Shown: positions 1 to 10,371, counted from the stretch's first letter. The stretch is DNA of 64,000 bases from Candidatus Liptonbacteria bacterium (GCA_016867315.1 VGJV01000002.1:51386-115385), one strand, 5' to 3'. The notes: generated by a model from the sequence alone, not told the origin. Program-made: numbers and translations.

Positions 1-130
1 ATCGGTTGATTTTTACACTTGAGATTTTCCCCTTAAGCTGCTCGATCTGATGATCAATCCGCTTTTCCCGCTTCCATAAAATGGATCGCAGGATCCGATG
101 CACGACTTGAGCAATCCAGAAAAAATCCAT
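1..130 (-). CDS. Hypothetical protein, N-terminal fragment (gene continues past the left edge of the window)
   Basis: ATG at 130-128 (minus) opens an in-frame ORF (MDFFWIAQVVHRILRSILWKREKRIDHQIEQLKGK...) that runs off the window start. Not in the ORF track because fewer than 60 codons are inside the window. Confidence 0.25.
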   Translation of the reverse strand, partial: MDFFWIAQVVHRILRSILWKREKRIDHQIEQLKGKISSVKINR

Positions 131-341
131 CTTCTGGTACGCCCACCCACGCTGGATTTGGGGAATCCCGTACGCTTCAAGCAACTTGTCTTGAATCGCC
201 ACAAAGGCAGTTATATGTAAAACGTCGCGACGCACGGCACCGTGATATCGTTCGGGCGATCGCCGGGTTTATTTTCGTCCTGTTCTCCTTTCCTCTTATT
301 GAGTTCCTCTTCGATTTTGTGATGACAACAATCCATAGCGA

Positions 342-731
342 TTAAAGCTGCGTGGAAGTAACGCTTGGCCGGAGCGAACACCCGCTTGCCTCGCTCAACC
401 TGGCAAGACCCATTTCTCCCTTAAATCTCCTTCCATCCTTCACAATCCAAGTAGGATATCCCTTCACTCGCTGCGCTACACAGGCCTGCGGATCCTTCGG
501 ACATTCTATATAAGGAATGAGTCGGAAAGAATCTCCCAACGCGCGCTTCTCATTTTGGCAATGGGGACACCAGTCTGCTCCGTACATAGCAAACCCCTTA
601 TCCGCGAGACACTGCGCAAACCCATCATACTCCCCTGACGCAGGTACGGGAGAATAGAGCAACCACCACAATCCTGCCGCAATTCCCACAACCAGCAACG
701 CACTAAGAATATGCTGTTTTTTATTATTCAT
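342..731 (-). CDS. Membrane-anchored thioredoxin-like thiol-disulfide oxidoreductase
   Basis: 129 aa, N-terminal TM helix and a WCPHC (CxxC) active-site motif. The stop overlaps the upstream gene by 8 nt, so it is in an operon with ccdA. Confidence 0.7.
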   Translation of the reverse strand: MNNKKQHILSALLVVGIAAGLWWLLYSPVPASGEYDGFAQCLADKGFAMYGADWCPHCQNEKRALGDSFRLIPYIECPKDPQACVAQRVKGYPTWIVKDGRRFKGEMGLARLSEASGCSLRPSVTSTQL

Positions 732-1224
732 CGCAGCAATTTACTAATTTATTAACGATGTCTTTATACGTCCACGCCTTCTCGGCTCCGGCAATTTCTT
801 TGAACTCCCCGGCATTAATCAGTTTAAGCCGCAAAACCCAAAACATCGAATAGGTTTCATGCGCTTTTTTGAAAAGCTCTTTCGCCTCTTCTTTTTTACC
901 GTCTGCATTGAGTTTCGTCCCCACTTCCATGAGCCGCATGGTGGCTGCCAAGAGGTGCTTCGTAATGCACCAGGTTTCGCCTTCGTGCTTCGGCACCATC
1001 CGCTCCATCACGCTTTTCCGCAATTCTCGAATTTGCGTAAGAAGCCCTAAATATTCCTCCTTGCCAGTTTTCACGTTGGTGAAGAATAAATGCTCCTCCA
1101 AACTTACTAAGTTCATCGCCGCAATGCTCAAATCCTCCTCGGTAGATAAATCCACCGTACCGGAAGCTTTGAGTTTTTCTACCTTTTTTATGATTTCTCC
1201 GAAATCGAATGTTGGGTTAGTCAT
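724..1224 (-). CDS. Hypothetical protein (trimmed to the MTNPTFDFGEI... start)
   Basis: Charged, helical-looking sequence in the minus frame. The ORF-track 251-aa version extends upstream through a Cys/Ser-rich stretch that is unlikely to be coding. The antisense 869..1624 ORF is Ser-rich and was judged spurious. Confidence 0.5.
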   Translation of the reverse strand: MTNPTFDFGEIIKKVEKLKASGTVDLSTEEDLSIAAMNLVSLEEHLFFTNVKTGKEEYLGLLTQIRELRKSVMERMVPKHEGETWCITKHLLAATMRLMEVGTKLNADGKKEEAKELFKKAHETYSMFWVLRLKLINAGEFKEIAGAEKAWTYKDIVNKLVNCCDE

Positions 1225-1351
1225 GAATTTGAATGACTGTAAAGAACACATAGCTGCAGGGCTTCTCGCAGTCCCGCCAAGGCGGGAAGAGCAGAGCTGC
1301 TGCGGCTGCAGCCGCAGACAGCGTCCCTGCAATATGTGTTCGAACAGTCCA

Positions 1352-2134
1352 TTAGAAGATAAACACGAATATTCCAAGAAGGATCGCCAAGAGCCCTCCC
1401 CACAAGCGCAATCGACCTGTTTCCCGCTTCTTCCAATCCTCAATTTTAGCGAGCACGCCTTTGTCACTCCCCAAGGCAAGCATCACGACGAGCGGCGCTA
1501 CGAAAATGAGGTTATAGAGCGCGAGATAGCCGAGCCCCATGAGATATGTTCCTTGATCATGCAAGAGCCCCAACACCAAGAGGTATGGCCCTCCCGTACA
1601 GGGAAACTCGCACACTCCCACTAATGCCCCCAAGAGAAATGCCGCTGGTAGCGTCGATCTCTCCATAAGCGCAGCCATTGGCCGATGGGAAATAGATGGG
1701 ATTTTAAGCTTGATGGGAAACGAAGGAAAAAAATGATTCACGAGACTCAGGAATCCCGCCGCGATCATAAGCGACGCCGCAATCTTCGCCATGAAATGGG
1801 GCGTGTTGAAGAGATGGAGCGCCTGGAGAAGCCCTATTCCAATAAGGAAGTACGCGGCAAAAATCCCCGCGATATAGAACGCCCCTACGGTGAGAATTTT
1901 TCCTCGTGCCGACCCCAAACTCACGAGAAACGCTATCGTAAGAATAAGCACCGAAAACGCACACGGATTGATGCTATCTAAAAGAGCAGCTACCAACACG
2001 AGAGGCAAAAGCCATTTTCCTTCGCCCGAAAGATTCCAGAGCGCCTCGGTTCCAATATTCCCTGTCTTGATTACGATCACAGTTCCTAATACTGCGACCG
2101 CTAATCCTACGAGAATCCAGAATTTCTTGGTCAT
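1352..2134 (-). CDS. ccdA: Cytochrome c-type biogenesis / thiol:disulfide interchange membrane protein CcdA (DsbD core family)
   Basis: 260 aa, six or more TM segments, conserved Cys in TM helices (INPCAF ... CEFPCTGGPY) typical of the CcdA/DsbD family. Confidence 0.8.
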   Translation of the reverse strand: MTKKFWILVGLAVAVLGTVIVIKTGNIGTEALWNLSGEGKWLLPLVLVAALLDSINPCAFSVLILTIAFLVSLGSARGKILTVGAFYIAGIFAAYFLIGIGLLQALHLFNTPHFMAKIAASLMIAAGFLSLVNHFFPSFPIKLKIPSISHRPMAALMERSTLPAAFLLGALVGVCEFPCTGGPYLLVLGLLHDQGTYLMGLGYLALYNLIFVAPLVVMLALGSDKGVLAKIEDWKKRETGRLRLWGGLLAILLGIFVFIF

Positions 2135-2135
2135 A

Positions 2136-2633
2136 TTAGGGAGTTACCTGCGCGGTAAAGCGAAGCTCGAATGGAAGCCCAGTCTCCGTTTCTACAAACA
2201 CTGCCCGTTCGATTTTTCCTACCCCTGCCGGCCCATGCGCCGCCGGATCAAATACTGCCTCCACCACAGCTTCTTCCTGAGGAGCCAAAGTAATATCGAT
2301 TCCCGGAATAAAGCCGTGGCCCGGCATCCCATATGGCCCTACTTTTTTGGCCAAAGTCATGAGCTGCGCCGTAGTACACATGCATGACGTATAAAGTTTC
2401 GTGAGTCTCACGGGGGTGGAACTACCGTTTCGAATACTGAATACATGCTTAACTTTCCCCGCCGCCATTGATATAGATCCGAAATCGAAACTCGTTTCCA
2501 CGGCGCTCAACGCCGACGTCCCCGAAACTATAGGGGCGACACCCGGAGAAGATTGTTTTCCCCAAATAAAAAGCGCTCCTATTACCACTACCACAAACCC
2601 GATTCCAATAAGTACATTTTTAGAATTGTCCAT
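2136..2633 (-). CDS. Hypothetical membrane-anchored exported protein
   Basis: 165 aa, N-terminal TM helix, and a start overlapping the ccdA stop (same operon). No recognisable catalytic motif. Confidence 0.5.
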   Translation of the reverse strand: MDNSKNVLIGIGFVVVVIGALFIWGKQSSPGVAPIVSGTSALSAVETSFDFGSISMAAGKVKHVFSIRNGSSTPVRLTKLYTSCMCTTAQLMTLAKKVGPYGMPGHGFIPGIDITLAPQEEAVVEAVFDPAAHGPAGVGKIERAVFVETETGLPFELRFTAQVTP

Positions 2634-2717
2634 GTAAGTAGACCCCGTGTAAACAAAAACCTGCCTCCCAAAATTTCGACGAAGTGCGCGCCGACATGCG
2701 CACTGATTCGCCCGAAA

Positions 2718-3125
2718 TTAAAGCGCTAAGGCAGGATCCCTTCGTTCGTGCAGTTTAAGCCAACGAGCGAAACGCTCAGGAAGCTTCAAAAAATTTCCTT
2801 GTAAAGTCTTCAAATAGAGAGAAAGCGCTCCCTCGAAAATATGAGAAGCAATGTGCTGCAGCGCCATCCAACCCGCAAAAAGCAGGAGAAGCGCGGCGAA
2901 CACTCCCCATGCACTCATCGTGGCGAGCGAAAAACCTTTCAAGGCCTCGAGATAAAAACCGGAAGTGGAAACCGCATCCCCTGGAGGACACGCCACACCC
3001 CCATGTGCACTCGCGGCCAAACATCCTCCTCCGTGATTCGCTCCATGATTCATACCGAAAGCCCCCAGCACCGCGATGGATACGAAAGCTAATATAAGAA
3101 ATACAGCTCCTGCTTTCCGGCTCAT
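2718..3125 (-). CDS. Hypothetical membrane protein with a His/Gly-rich segment (possible metal binding)
   Basis: Trimmed to the MSRKAG start. Two TM segments and an HGANHGGGC...AHGGVACPPGD motif. Confidence 0.4.
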   Translation of the reverse strand: MSRKAGAVFLILAFVSIAVLGAFGMNHGANHGGGCLAASAHGGVACPPGDAVSTSGFYLEALKGFSLATMSAWGVFAALLLLFAGWMALQHIASHIFEGALSLYLKTLQGNFLKLPERFARWLKLHERRDPALAL

Positions 3126-3198
3126 ATTCCAATTATAGTATTCTCCCCTAAAAAACAAACCCCATCCATGCGGGGTTAGGAAACCATGCAATTCTACT

Positions 3199-4107
3199 CT
3201 AGCTCTTAAGGTAACGCCGCACTGCGATAAAACTGGAGAGAGCCCCGATACCGATCCCGAAAAGTAATTGATACCCCAAAAGAGTAATGAAGTTCGCGAT
3301 AAAGTATTGGAAAAGGTTCAATCCAGGAATAAATACCGCGAGATATGGGGAAGCAAAGTAAATTGCAGGAGCAATGAAGATAAGACTGGCGACCGCAGCA
3401 ATTGCTCCGGAAATAATGCCTTCAACCATATAAGGGCCGCGCACTAACGCATTCGAAGCCCCTACTACTCGCATAATCCCGATTTCTTCGCGGTTCGAGT
3501 AGATTGCGAGCCGAATAGTATTGAACACCACGAGGCCTGCGATAAGAGAAAGAAGGAGGGTAAGCGTAAACCCTGCTTTATTGACGTTATCGATAATTCG
3601 CGCGAGTCGGTCGATCACCACCTGATTTTTGGCATAACTCACGTTATCGATGTAATTCGAAAGATTCGGCGCGGAAAGATATCGGGCAATAGTCGCATAC
3701 TGTTCCGGCTTCTGAGCCTTGATACTTAAAGAGGCCTGAAAAGGATTGGTATTCAACTCGTTGACAGCCTGGCTGATAACCTGCTCATTTTTATGCGCAG
3801 TTTTAAAAAGCTCGAGCGCCTTGTCGCTCGAAACGTAATTCACGTCTTTCACCTCCGAAAGATTCTCCAGGGATTGTTTGATATTCAAGATCTGATCTTC
3901 GGAAGTATTGTTTTTGAAATACACACTGATATCGATCTTGTCCTGGATGGAAACCACCGCATGCTGAGTCGTAACGCGGAAAAGAATAAGACCTACGAAT
4001 ACCATAAGCGCCAAAATAGTAATAGCCACCGTGGCCGTCGAGAGCCAGCCATTTCGGCGAAAACCTTTGAATCCGAACTGTACGATGCGAAAGACAATAG
4101 TAAACAT
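3199..4107 (-). CDS. ftsX: Cell division ABC transporter permease FtsX
   Basis: 302 aa, four TM helices with a large extracytoplasmic loop, immediately downstream of ftsE. Confidence 0.8.
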   Translation of the reverse strand: MFTIVFRIVQFGFKGFRRNGWLSTATVAITILALMVFVGLILFRVTTQHAVVSIQDKIDISVYFKNNTSEDQILNIKQSLENLSEVKDVNYVSSDKALELFKTAHKNEQVISQAVNELNTNPFQASLSIKAQKPEQYATIARYLSAPNLSNYIDNVSYAKNQVVIDRLARIIDNVNKAGFTLTLLLSLIAGLVVFNTIRLAIYSNREEIGIMRVVGASNALVRGPYMVEGIISGAIAAVASLIFIAPAIYFASPYLAVFIPGLNLFQYFIANFITLLGYQLLFGIGIGALSSFIAVRRYLKS

Positions 4108-4214
4108 AAATAAAATTTCTAATTTCTAATTGACCTAATTTCTAAAGAAAATTGTTGCGCCTTATTCATTGGGAGTTGGGATTTATTTAGGAATTAGAAA
4201 TTCTGAATTAGAAA
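4108..4214. repeat. AT-rich inverted-repeat element (aatttctaatttctaatt ... aattagaaattctgaattagaaatt) between ftsX and ftsE
   Basis: Arms of about 30 nt at 4113-4145 and 4178-4212 flank a 30-nt GC-richer centre. Confidence 0.45.
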
Positions 4215-4898
4215 TTACACAAGGATATATTTGCCTTTAACCTCGTCCCGGAACACCCGCCCTCGATCGAGCGTAATCACACGCTTTTCGAGATTATTGA
4301 TGATTTCCTTGTCGTGGGTGGCAAGTATTACCGTCGTCCCTAATTGATTGATTTTCTCCAATAATTTAATGATTTCCGCAGTATGAAATGGATCAAGATT
4401 CCCCGTCGGCTCATCCGCAATAATGACTTCCGGCCGGTGGATCATCGCCCGCGCGATTGCCACCCGCTGCTTCTCCCCTCCTGAAAGCTCATGCGGAAAA
4501 TTCTTGCTCTTCTCGGCCAGCCCTACCATATCCAAAACCTGCGGTACCAACTCATTAATCTCCCGCTGAGCCCGCCCCTCTACCTCGAGCGCAAATGCGA
4601 CGTTCTCAAATGCAGTTTTAGTGGGAAGCAATCGGAAATCCTGGAACACCACTCCGATATGGCGACGAAATTGGGGTAATTCGCTGGAACCCAATTTATT
4701 GACTTCATATTGACCAAAAAACACCCGGCCGCGGCTGGGTTTCTCTTCTCCAATTAAAAGCTTAATAAGCGTAGACTTTCCGGCTCCCGATCTCCCCGCA
4801 AGCGAAACGAACTCTCCCTGTTTTATCTCTAACGTAACATCCTCAAGCGCTGGACTTAAGTGATCATAAATTTTAGCTACCCCTTGAAAAAAAATCAT
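4215..4898 (-). CDS. ftsE: Cell division ATP-binding protein FtsE
   Basis: Walker [13 protein letters not shown] signature [14 protein letters not shown], Walker [12 protein letters not shown]. Trimmed to the [11 protein letters not shown] start. Confidence 0.85.
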   Translation of the reverse strand: MIFFQGVAKIYDHLSPALEDVTLEIKQGEFVSLAGRSGAGKSTLIKLLIGEEKPSRGRVFFGQYEVNKLGSSELPQFRRHIGVVFQDFRLLPTKTAFENVAFALEVEGRAQREINELVPQVLDMVGLAEKSKNFPHELSGGEKQRVAIARAMIHRPEVIIADEPTGNLDPFHTAEIIKLLEKINQLGTTVILATHDKEIINNLEKRVITLDRGRVFRDEVKGKYILV

Positions 4899-4971
4899 AG
4901 GCAAGAAAAAAAGCCATTCCGGCCCCCCCATTCTACCCTACCTTTGACGAAGTTGTCCACTTCTCGTGAAT

Positions 4972-6004
4972 TTAAACTCCTTTTTCTATTTCCGCTTCAA
5001 TAAATAAATCAAGTTCTCCATTTAAAACCTTATCCACCTGCGAAGTTTCCACTTCAGTGCGGTGATCTTTCACTAATTGATACGGATTCAAAACATACGA
5101 ACGGAGCTGATTGCCCCACTCTGGCTTTACTTTTACCCGCAACGCAGAAAGTTCTTCCACATGATGCTGCTCCATAAGCTGAAAAATCTTGGCCTTCAAG
5201 AGCCGGAGCGCATATTCCCGATTCTGCTGCTGACTTCGCTCTACCCGCGCGCTCACGGCGAGCCCAGTAGGCAAATGCACCACGCGTACTGCCGTTTCCA
5301 CCTTGTTCACATTTTGTCCTCCCGGACCCCCCGCCCGGGAAAATTCCCACTTCAAATCAGCTTCCGGGATTTGAATTTTTGACTCCTCGACGGAAGGCAA
5401 ATCCGGCACGACTTCCACAAGCGCAAAAGCCGTATGCCGCAGCTGCTTTGCGGAAAAGGGAGACATCCGCACCAAGCGGTGCACTCCCGATTCTTTTTTC
5501 AGATAGCCGTAGGCATATTGTCCCTTCATCTCGATCATGCGCCCCCGAGGATTATCATCCAGAATCCGGGTTTTCCATCCATTCCGCTCAGCATAGCGAA
5601 TATACATTTCTCCAAGCATTCGTGCCCAGTCTTCCGCATCTTCCCCTCCTGCTCCGGGATATACCGAGAGCACCGCCGCTTGCCCGTCATATTTACCCTT
5701 AAAAAGCTCCTCGAGTTCCAGCGTCCGAAATTTCCGGCGTATTTCGTAAAATAAATTCTCCTCAAAGTTACTCTGGAGAGTCGCAAGTCCATCCTCAATT
5801 TCTTTGTACCGGGAAAGCAAATCCCGAAGAATCCCCCCGCGTTTCAGCTTCTCTTCGGCTGCCGCCTTATCCTGCCAAAAACCAGGCACGGCCATATCCG
5901 CCTCCAATTCTTTTAGTTCTTTTTCCTTTACCGCGAGGTCAAAGCCGCCCGCCTAACCGGCGGGCCTCAGTCGCAAGTTCTTCCAAATTCTCTCGCGAAT
6001 CCAT
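4972..6004 (-). CDS. prfB: Peptide chain release factor 2, with a programmed +1 ribosomal frameshift
   Basis: GGQ motif (RAGGPGGQNVNKVETAVR). A 21-codon ORF0 (MDSRENLEELATEARRLGGRL) ends at CUU UGA C (5944-5938) preceded by the SD-like AGGCGGG. The +1 frame then continues to the 4972 stop. Confidence 0.85.
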
Positions 6005-6326
6005 AAAAAAAGAATAGCACGTTTTAGAAAAAAACACCGGTCGAAAGCTCCTTGGCTCCTTCGACCGGCATCCCTTATTTGGCATTTAATCGATATCCTC
6101 TTCGGGCACTGGCCCGATCCCAATAGAGACGTTTTCGAGAAAAAACAAGCACATCCCAAACCCTATAACTTTTAATAAATGTGCCCCGGCTTGTTGAGAA
6201 ACTCGAAGAAAATCTTGCGGCTCTTCTGAAACATTTGATTCATTCATAGAGGATTTCCCTTGATTGTGAAAGCAAACCAGAAACAGTTTGCTGGAGGCAA
6301 GAATAGCACGCTCCGGTATTGCTCAC

Positions 6327-6362
6327 AAGAAAAAGCTATGCCGAAGGGAGGCCTTCGGCATA
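6327..6362 (-). terminator. Rho-independent terminator of the 6387..6893 gene
   Basis: The minus-strand sequence forms a GC-rich hairpin (tatgccgaagg...ccttcggcata) followed by a T-run (agcttttttcttg). Confidence 0.6.
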
Positions 6363-6386
6363 CATGAGTTAATTTACGGAGTCCGA

Positions 6387-6893
6387 TTAATGCGGTTTGG
6401 GAATAAACTTTCGAGGAGTATCTGCCTTTGGCACGACCTTAGGCTTAGACCCTAAGGACTTGGACGAATTCAGTGCATCCATTTGTACCGGCCATTGTTT
6501 CGGCTCATCCGGCTTCCCGAGCTCAAACCAGGTGGTACGTCCGGACTGCGCCGAACCTAGTCGTCGCAAGTCCAAATGAAACTCCTCTCCATCAGGATTA
6601 TCCGAGACGAAAAAGAGTCGTGCAGCCAATCGCTCGCGGGTTTTTTCATCAAAACATCCGTTTACCTCCTCATCCTGGAATCCGAGCGCCCGCTGCAGCC
6701 TTTTCACCGCTTCAATGGTTTTCTCTCCCCAACATCCAGCCTCCTCGCCAGTTAAAAAGTCCGGATCCAACAATCCCAAAGTCACAAGCGTGATTTGCAC
6801 TGACACAACTGCCACCCCTTCCGCCTTGGGGCCTAAATGCGGCGGCAATAACTGTAACGCTTGAACCAATAATTTCTTGTCTGACATAACCAT
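6387..6893 (-). CDS. Putative peptidoglycan-binding domain protein
   Basis: 168 aa. Segments CWGEKTIEAVKRLQRALG and GCFDEKTRERLAARL resemble the PG_binding_1 helical-repeat domain. Confidence 0.5.
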   Translation of the reverse strand: MVMSDKKLLVQALQLLPPHLGPKAEGVAVVSVQITLVTLGLLDPDFLTGEEAGCWGEKTIEAVKRLQRALGFQDEEVNGCFDEKTRERLAARLFFVSDNPDGEEFHLDLRRLGSAQSGRTTWFELGKPDEPKQWPVQMDALNSSKSLGSKPKVVPKADTPRKFIPKPH

Positions 6894-7007
6894 CCTTCTC
6901 TCAACGTGTTGATTTGTTAAGGTCCGAGGGACCCTTTCTTCAGCCGCGCAAACGGCTTAATTACGGTGTACCACGCAAGCAGAAAACCAGTCAATGAGAA
7001 AAATAGT

Positions 7008-7082
7008 TGGAGCCGATGAGAGGACTTGAACCTCCAACCTTTCCCTTACGAAGGGATTGCTCTGCCATTGAGCTACATCGGC
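7008..7082 (-). tRNA. tRNA-Thr (anticodon CGT)
   Basis: Minus-strand sequence GCCGATGTAGCTCAATGGCAGAGCAATCCCTTCGTAAGGGAAAGGTTGGAGGTTCAAGTCCTCTCATCGGCTCCA. Cloverleaf with anticodon loop TTCGTAA, and CCA is encoded. Confidence 0.85.
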
Positions 7083-7167
7083 ATGAACAGCATTATTCTA
7101 CGTACTTTTGAGCTTCGTGCAACTCCTTCACCCCTTGAGAAAAATCTCCTAGAATGGGAATGTCTCA

Positions 7168-10100
7168 TGGGAAAATTTGTTCATCTTCACACTCACTCTC
7201 ACTACTCTCTCCTTGATGGCCTTGCGAAAATTGAGGATCTTGTAGGTCGCGCAAAAGAACTCGAAATGGATGCCTTGGCACTCACTGATCACGGCGTGCT
7301 TTACGGCGCAATCGAGTTTTATAAAAAAGCCAAAGCTGCCGGGATCAAACCCATCCTAGGAGTGGAAGCCTATATTGCCCCGAAAGATAGGAGGTCTCGC
7401 GATGCAGGAGAAAAATACTATCACCTCATTCTACTCTCCGAAAATATCACCGGTTGGAAAAATCTTATTAAACTCGTAACGAAAGCGAATCTCGAAGGTT
7501 TTTATTACAAACCGCGGATGGATAAGGACCTTCTTCGTGAATACCACGAAGGAATTATTGCGCTTTCCGCCTGCTTCACGGGAGAAATTCAACGCGCCAT
7601 CAACGAAGATAAAGATACGGACGCAGTATTAAAGGAATACGTGGACATTTTCGGCAAAGAAAACTTCTTCTTGGAAATCGGCTATCACCCTCATGTAAGC
7701 CCCAAACAACACGAAAAGGTGTGGAATGGATTGATCGCCCTCTCCAAACGGTCGGGAATTCCCCTTGCTGCCACGCAGGATATCCATTATGCACACCCCG
7801 ATGATCGCGAATATCATGATGTACTTCTTGCGGTGCAAACAGGAAGCAACCTGTCGGATGGAGATCGATTAACGCTCAAAGCTGACAATTTTTCCATGAC
7901 CTCTCCTGAGGAAATGGAAAAGAATTTTAAAAATATTCCGGAAGCGGTAACGAACACGGTAAAAATCGCCGAGCGCTGCAACGTAGAACTCGAACTTGGG
8001 AAAACCCAGCTCCCTGATTTTCCGAAACCGGAAGGCAAAACTGCCAATCAATATCTCCGCGAACTGGCGTATGAACGTCTCCCCAACCGTTTTTCGAAAG
8101 AAGCGCAAACACAGGAAGTGCTCGACCGGCTGGAGTATGAGTTAGGAGTTATAGAGAAAACCGGCTTCGCCGACTACTTCCTTATCGTGCAAGATCTTAC
8201 CGGCTGGGCTCGTGCGCACGGTATTGCGGTGGGCCCAGGAAGAGGCTCTGCGGCCGGGAGCCTTATGTCCTACGTCCTCGGAATTACGGACATTAACCCA
8301 TTGCGGTACGGGCTCCTCTTTGAGCGTTTTTTAAATCCGGAACGTATTCAAATGCCCGACATCGACATCGATTTCGCCGACACTCGCCGGGATGAAGTGT
8401 TAGCCTATGCACGTCAAAAATACGGCGAAGATCGCGTAGCCCAGATCATCACGTTTGGAACAATGGCTGCCCGTGCCGCAGTACGCGACGCCGGCCGCGC
8501 CATGGGCCTTCAATATGGCTTTTGCGATCAAATCGCGAAACTCATTCCTTTCAATGCCACGATCGAGGAATCGTTGGAACAAGTTCCTGAACTTCTCGAA
8601 CTTTACAAAAAAACTCCGGATGCAAAACGCGTGATGGATACAGCGAAGCACCTCGAAGGGGTGGCACGGCATGCGTCGGTACACGCCTGCGGTACTGTGA
8701 TTTCCAAAAAATCTCTTACCGAATACCTCCCACTCCAATACGCGCCGCAAGACAAAAACGCGATTATTACTCAATTTGAAATGCATTCCGTGGAAGACCT
8801 TGGGCTCCTTAAAATGGATCTTCTGGGTTTGAAAAACCTCACTATAATCGAAGAAACTATTCGGCTCGTAAAAGATCTGCGGGGAGAGGAAATCCAAATC
8901 TCGAATCTGCCACTCGACGACAAAGCCACCTTCACGCTGCTCCAAGCCGGAAATACCACGGGCGTATTTCAATTTGAGTCATCGGGCATGCGCCGCTACA
9001 TGAAAGAAATCCACCCAACCGAACTCGAAGATTTAATCGCCTTAGTAGCGCTGTTCCGCCCGGGTCCTATGGAACTTATTCCCACTTTTATTAAACGCAA
9101 ACACGGCCTGGAGAAAATCACCTATCTTCACCCCCACCTCGAACCAATTTTGAAAACCACCTACGGCATCGGTGTGTATCAAGAGCAAATGATGCAAATC
9201 GCCCGGGACGTTGCGGGGTACACCTTGCCCGAAGCAGACACGTTGCGGAAAGCTATCGGGAAAAAGATTAAATCGCTTTTGGATGAACAAAAATCCAAGC
9301 TGGTGAACGGAATGGTAAAGAACGGCATTCCCCCAAAGATTGCGGAAGCAATTTGGGAACTCTTCCCGCCCTTCGCCCGATACGGATTCAACAAGAGTCA
9401 CGCCGCCTGCTATGCCTTGATCGGCTATCAAACTGCCTACTTGAAAGCCCATTATCCCATCGAATACATGGCGGCACTCCTCAATGCCGATCTGAACGAT
9501 TTGGATCGCATTTCCTTCCTGGTAAATGAAGCCAAACAAAACAACATTCCAGTGCTCGCTCCCGATGTTAACAAAAGCTTCGTAAAATTTGCTCCGGAGG
9601 AAGGGAAAATCCGCTTCGGCCTTTTAGGAATCAAAAATGTCGGTTCTCAAATCGCGCACGCCATTATTGAGGAACGGATAAAAGGCGGAGCTTTCCAAAC
9701 TTTCACGGACTTCCTCGCCCGCATTCAACACAAAGATTTGAATAAAAAATCTTTGGAAAGCTTGGCAAAGGGAGGTGCTTTGGAATCCTTAGGCGTGGAA
9801 CGCAATCAGGTAATCCAAAATTTGGATGACATCGTGCGTTTTGCGGGCGCCGCGCGGAAAACCGCCGGCCAATCAAATTCCCTCTTCGGCTCTTCTACCG
9901 CCTCGCTTTCCATAAAGCTAAAACCCGCGCCTCCCGCTACTCGGGAAGAAAAACTGGGCTGGGAAAAGGAACTCCTGGGCTTCTATCTCTCGGATCATCC
10001 GTTGAACTCTTATAAAGAAAAAATAAACTGGCTCAAAGCGAAGCCGCTCCATGAAGTTCGCGCCATCAAAGACGAAACCAAAACCTTCCGCGCCGCGGGC

Positions 10101-10331
10101 CTAGTCTCTACTATTAAAAAAATACTCACAAAAAACGGAGAGCCGATGCTCTTCGCCACTTTGGAAGATTTCTCCCCGCAACCCTTGGAAGTAATAGTAT
10201 TTACCAAAACGCTCGCCAAAACCGAAGCTGCGTGGCAGGAAAACAACGTAGTCATCCTCCAGGGCCGCATGTCCTGGAGAAACGGAGAGCCAAAGATCAT
10301 CTGCGACGACGCGAAAAAATTAGAAGCCTAA
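7168..10331 (+). CDS. dnaE: DNA polymerase III alpha subunit
   Basis: PHP domain start (MGKFVHLHTHSHYSLLDG), polymerase core and OB-fold. The ORF-track start at 7026 overlaps tRNA-Thr, so the start was moved to the ATG at 7168. Confidence 0.9.
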
Positions 10332-10333
10332 AT

Positions 10334-10368
10334 TCTTAAACCCGACGACCGTCGAGTTTAAGAATCCG
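10334..10368. terminator. Bidirectional hairpin terminator between convergent dnaE and the cytidylyltransferase gene
   Basis: attcttaaacccgacgaccgtcgagtttaagaat is a long perfect inverted repeat with A/T-rich flanks. Confidence 0.55.
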
Positions 10369-10371
10369 ATG

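Noticed and set aside
869-1624. 251-aa plus-strand ORF
   Set aside because: Antisense to the better-looking minus-strand gene 724..1224 and to the ccdA 3' end. Ser/Cys-rich composition with no motifs. Also spans a palindromic terminator region (1289-1320).
7026-7167. Extended N-terminus of dnaE in the ORF track
   Set aside because: Overlaps tRNA-Thr (7008..7082) on the opposite strand and precedes the conserved PHP-domain start. The ATG at 7168 was used instead.
8400-8972. 190-aa minus-strand ORF inside dnaE
   Set aside because: Fully embedded antisense within a highly conserved polymerase gene. No motifs.
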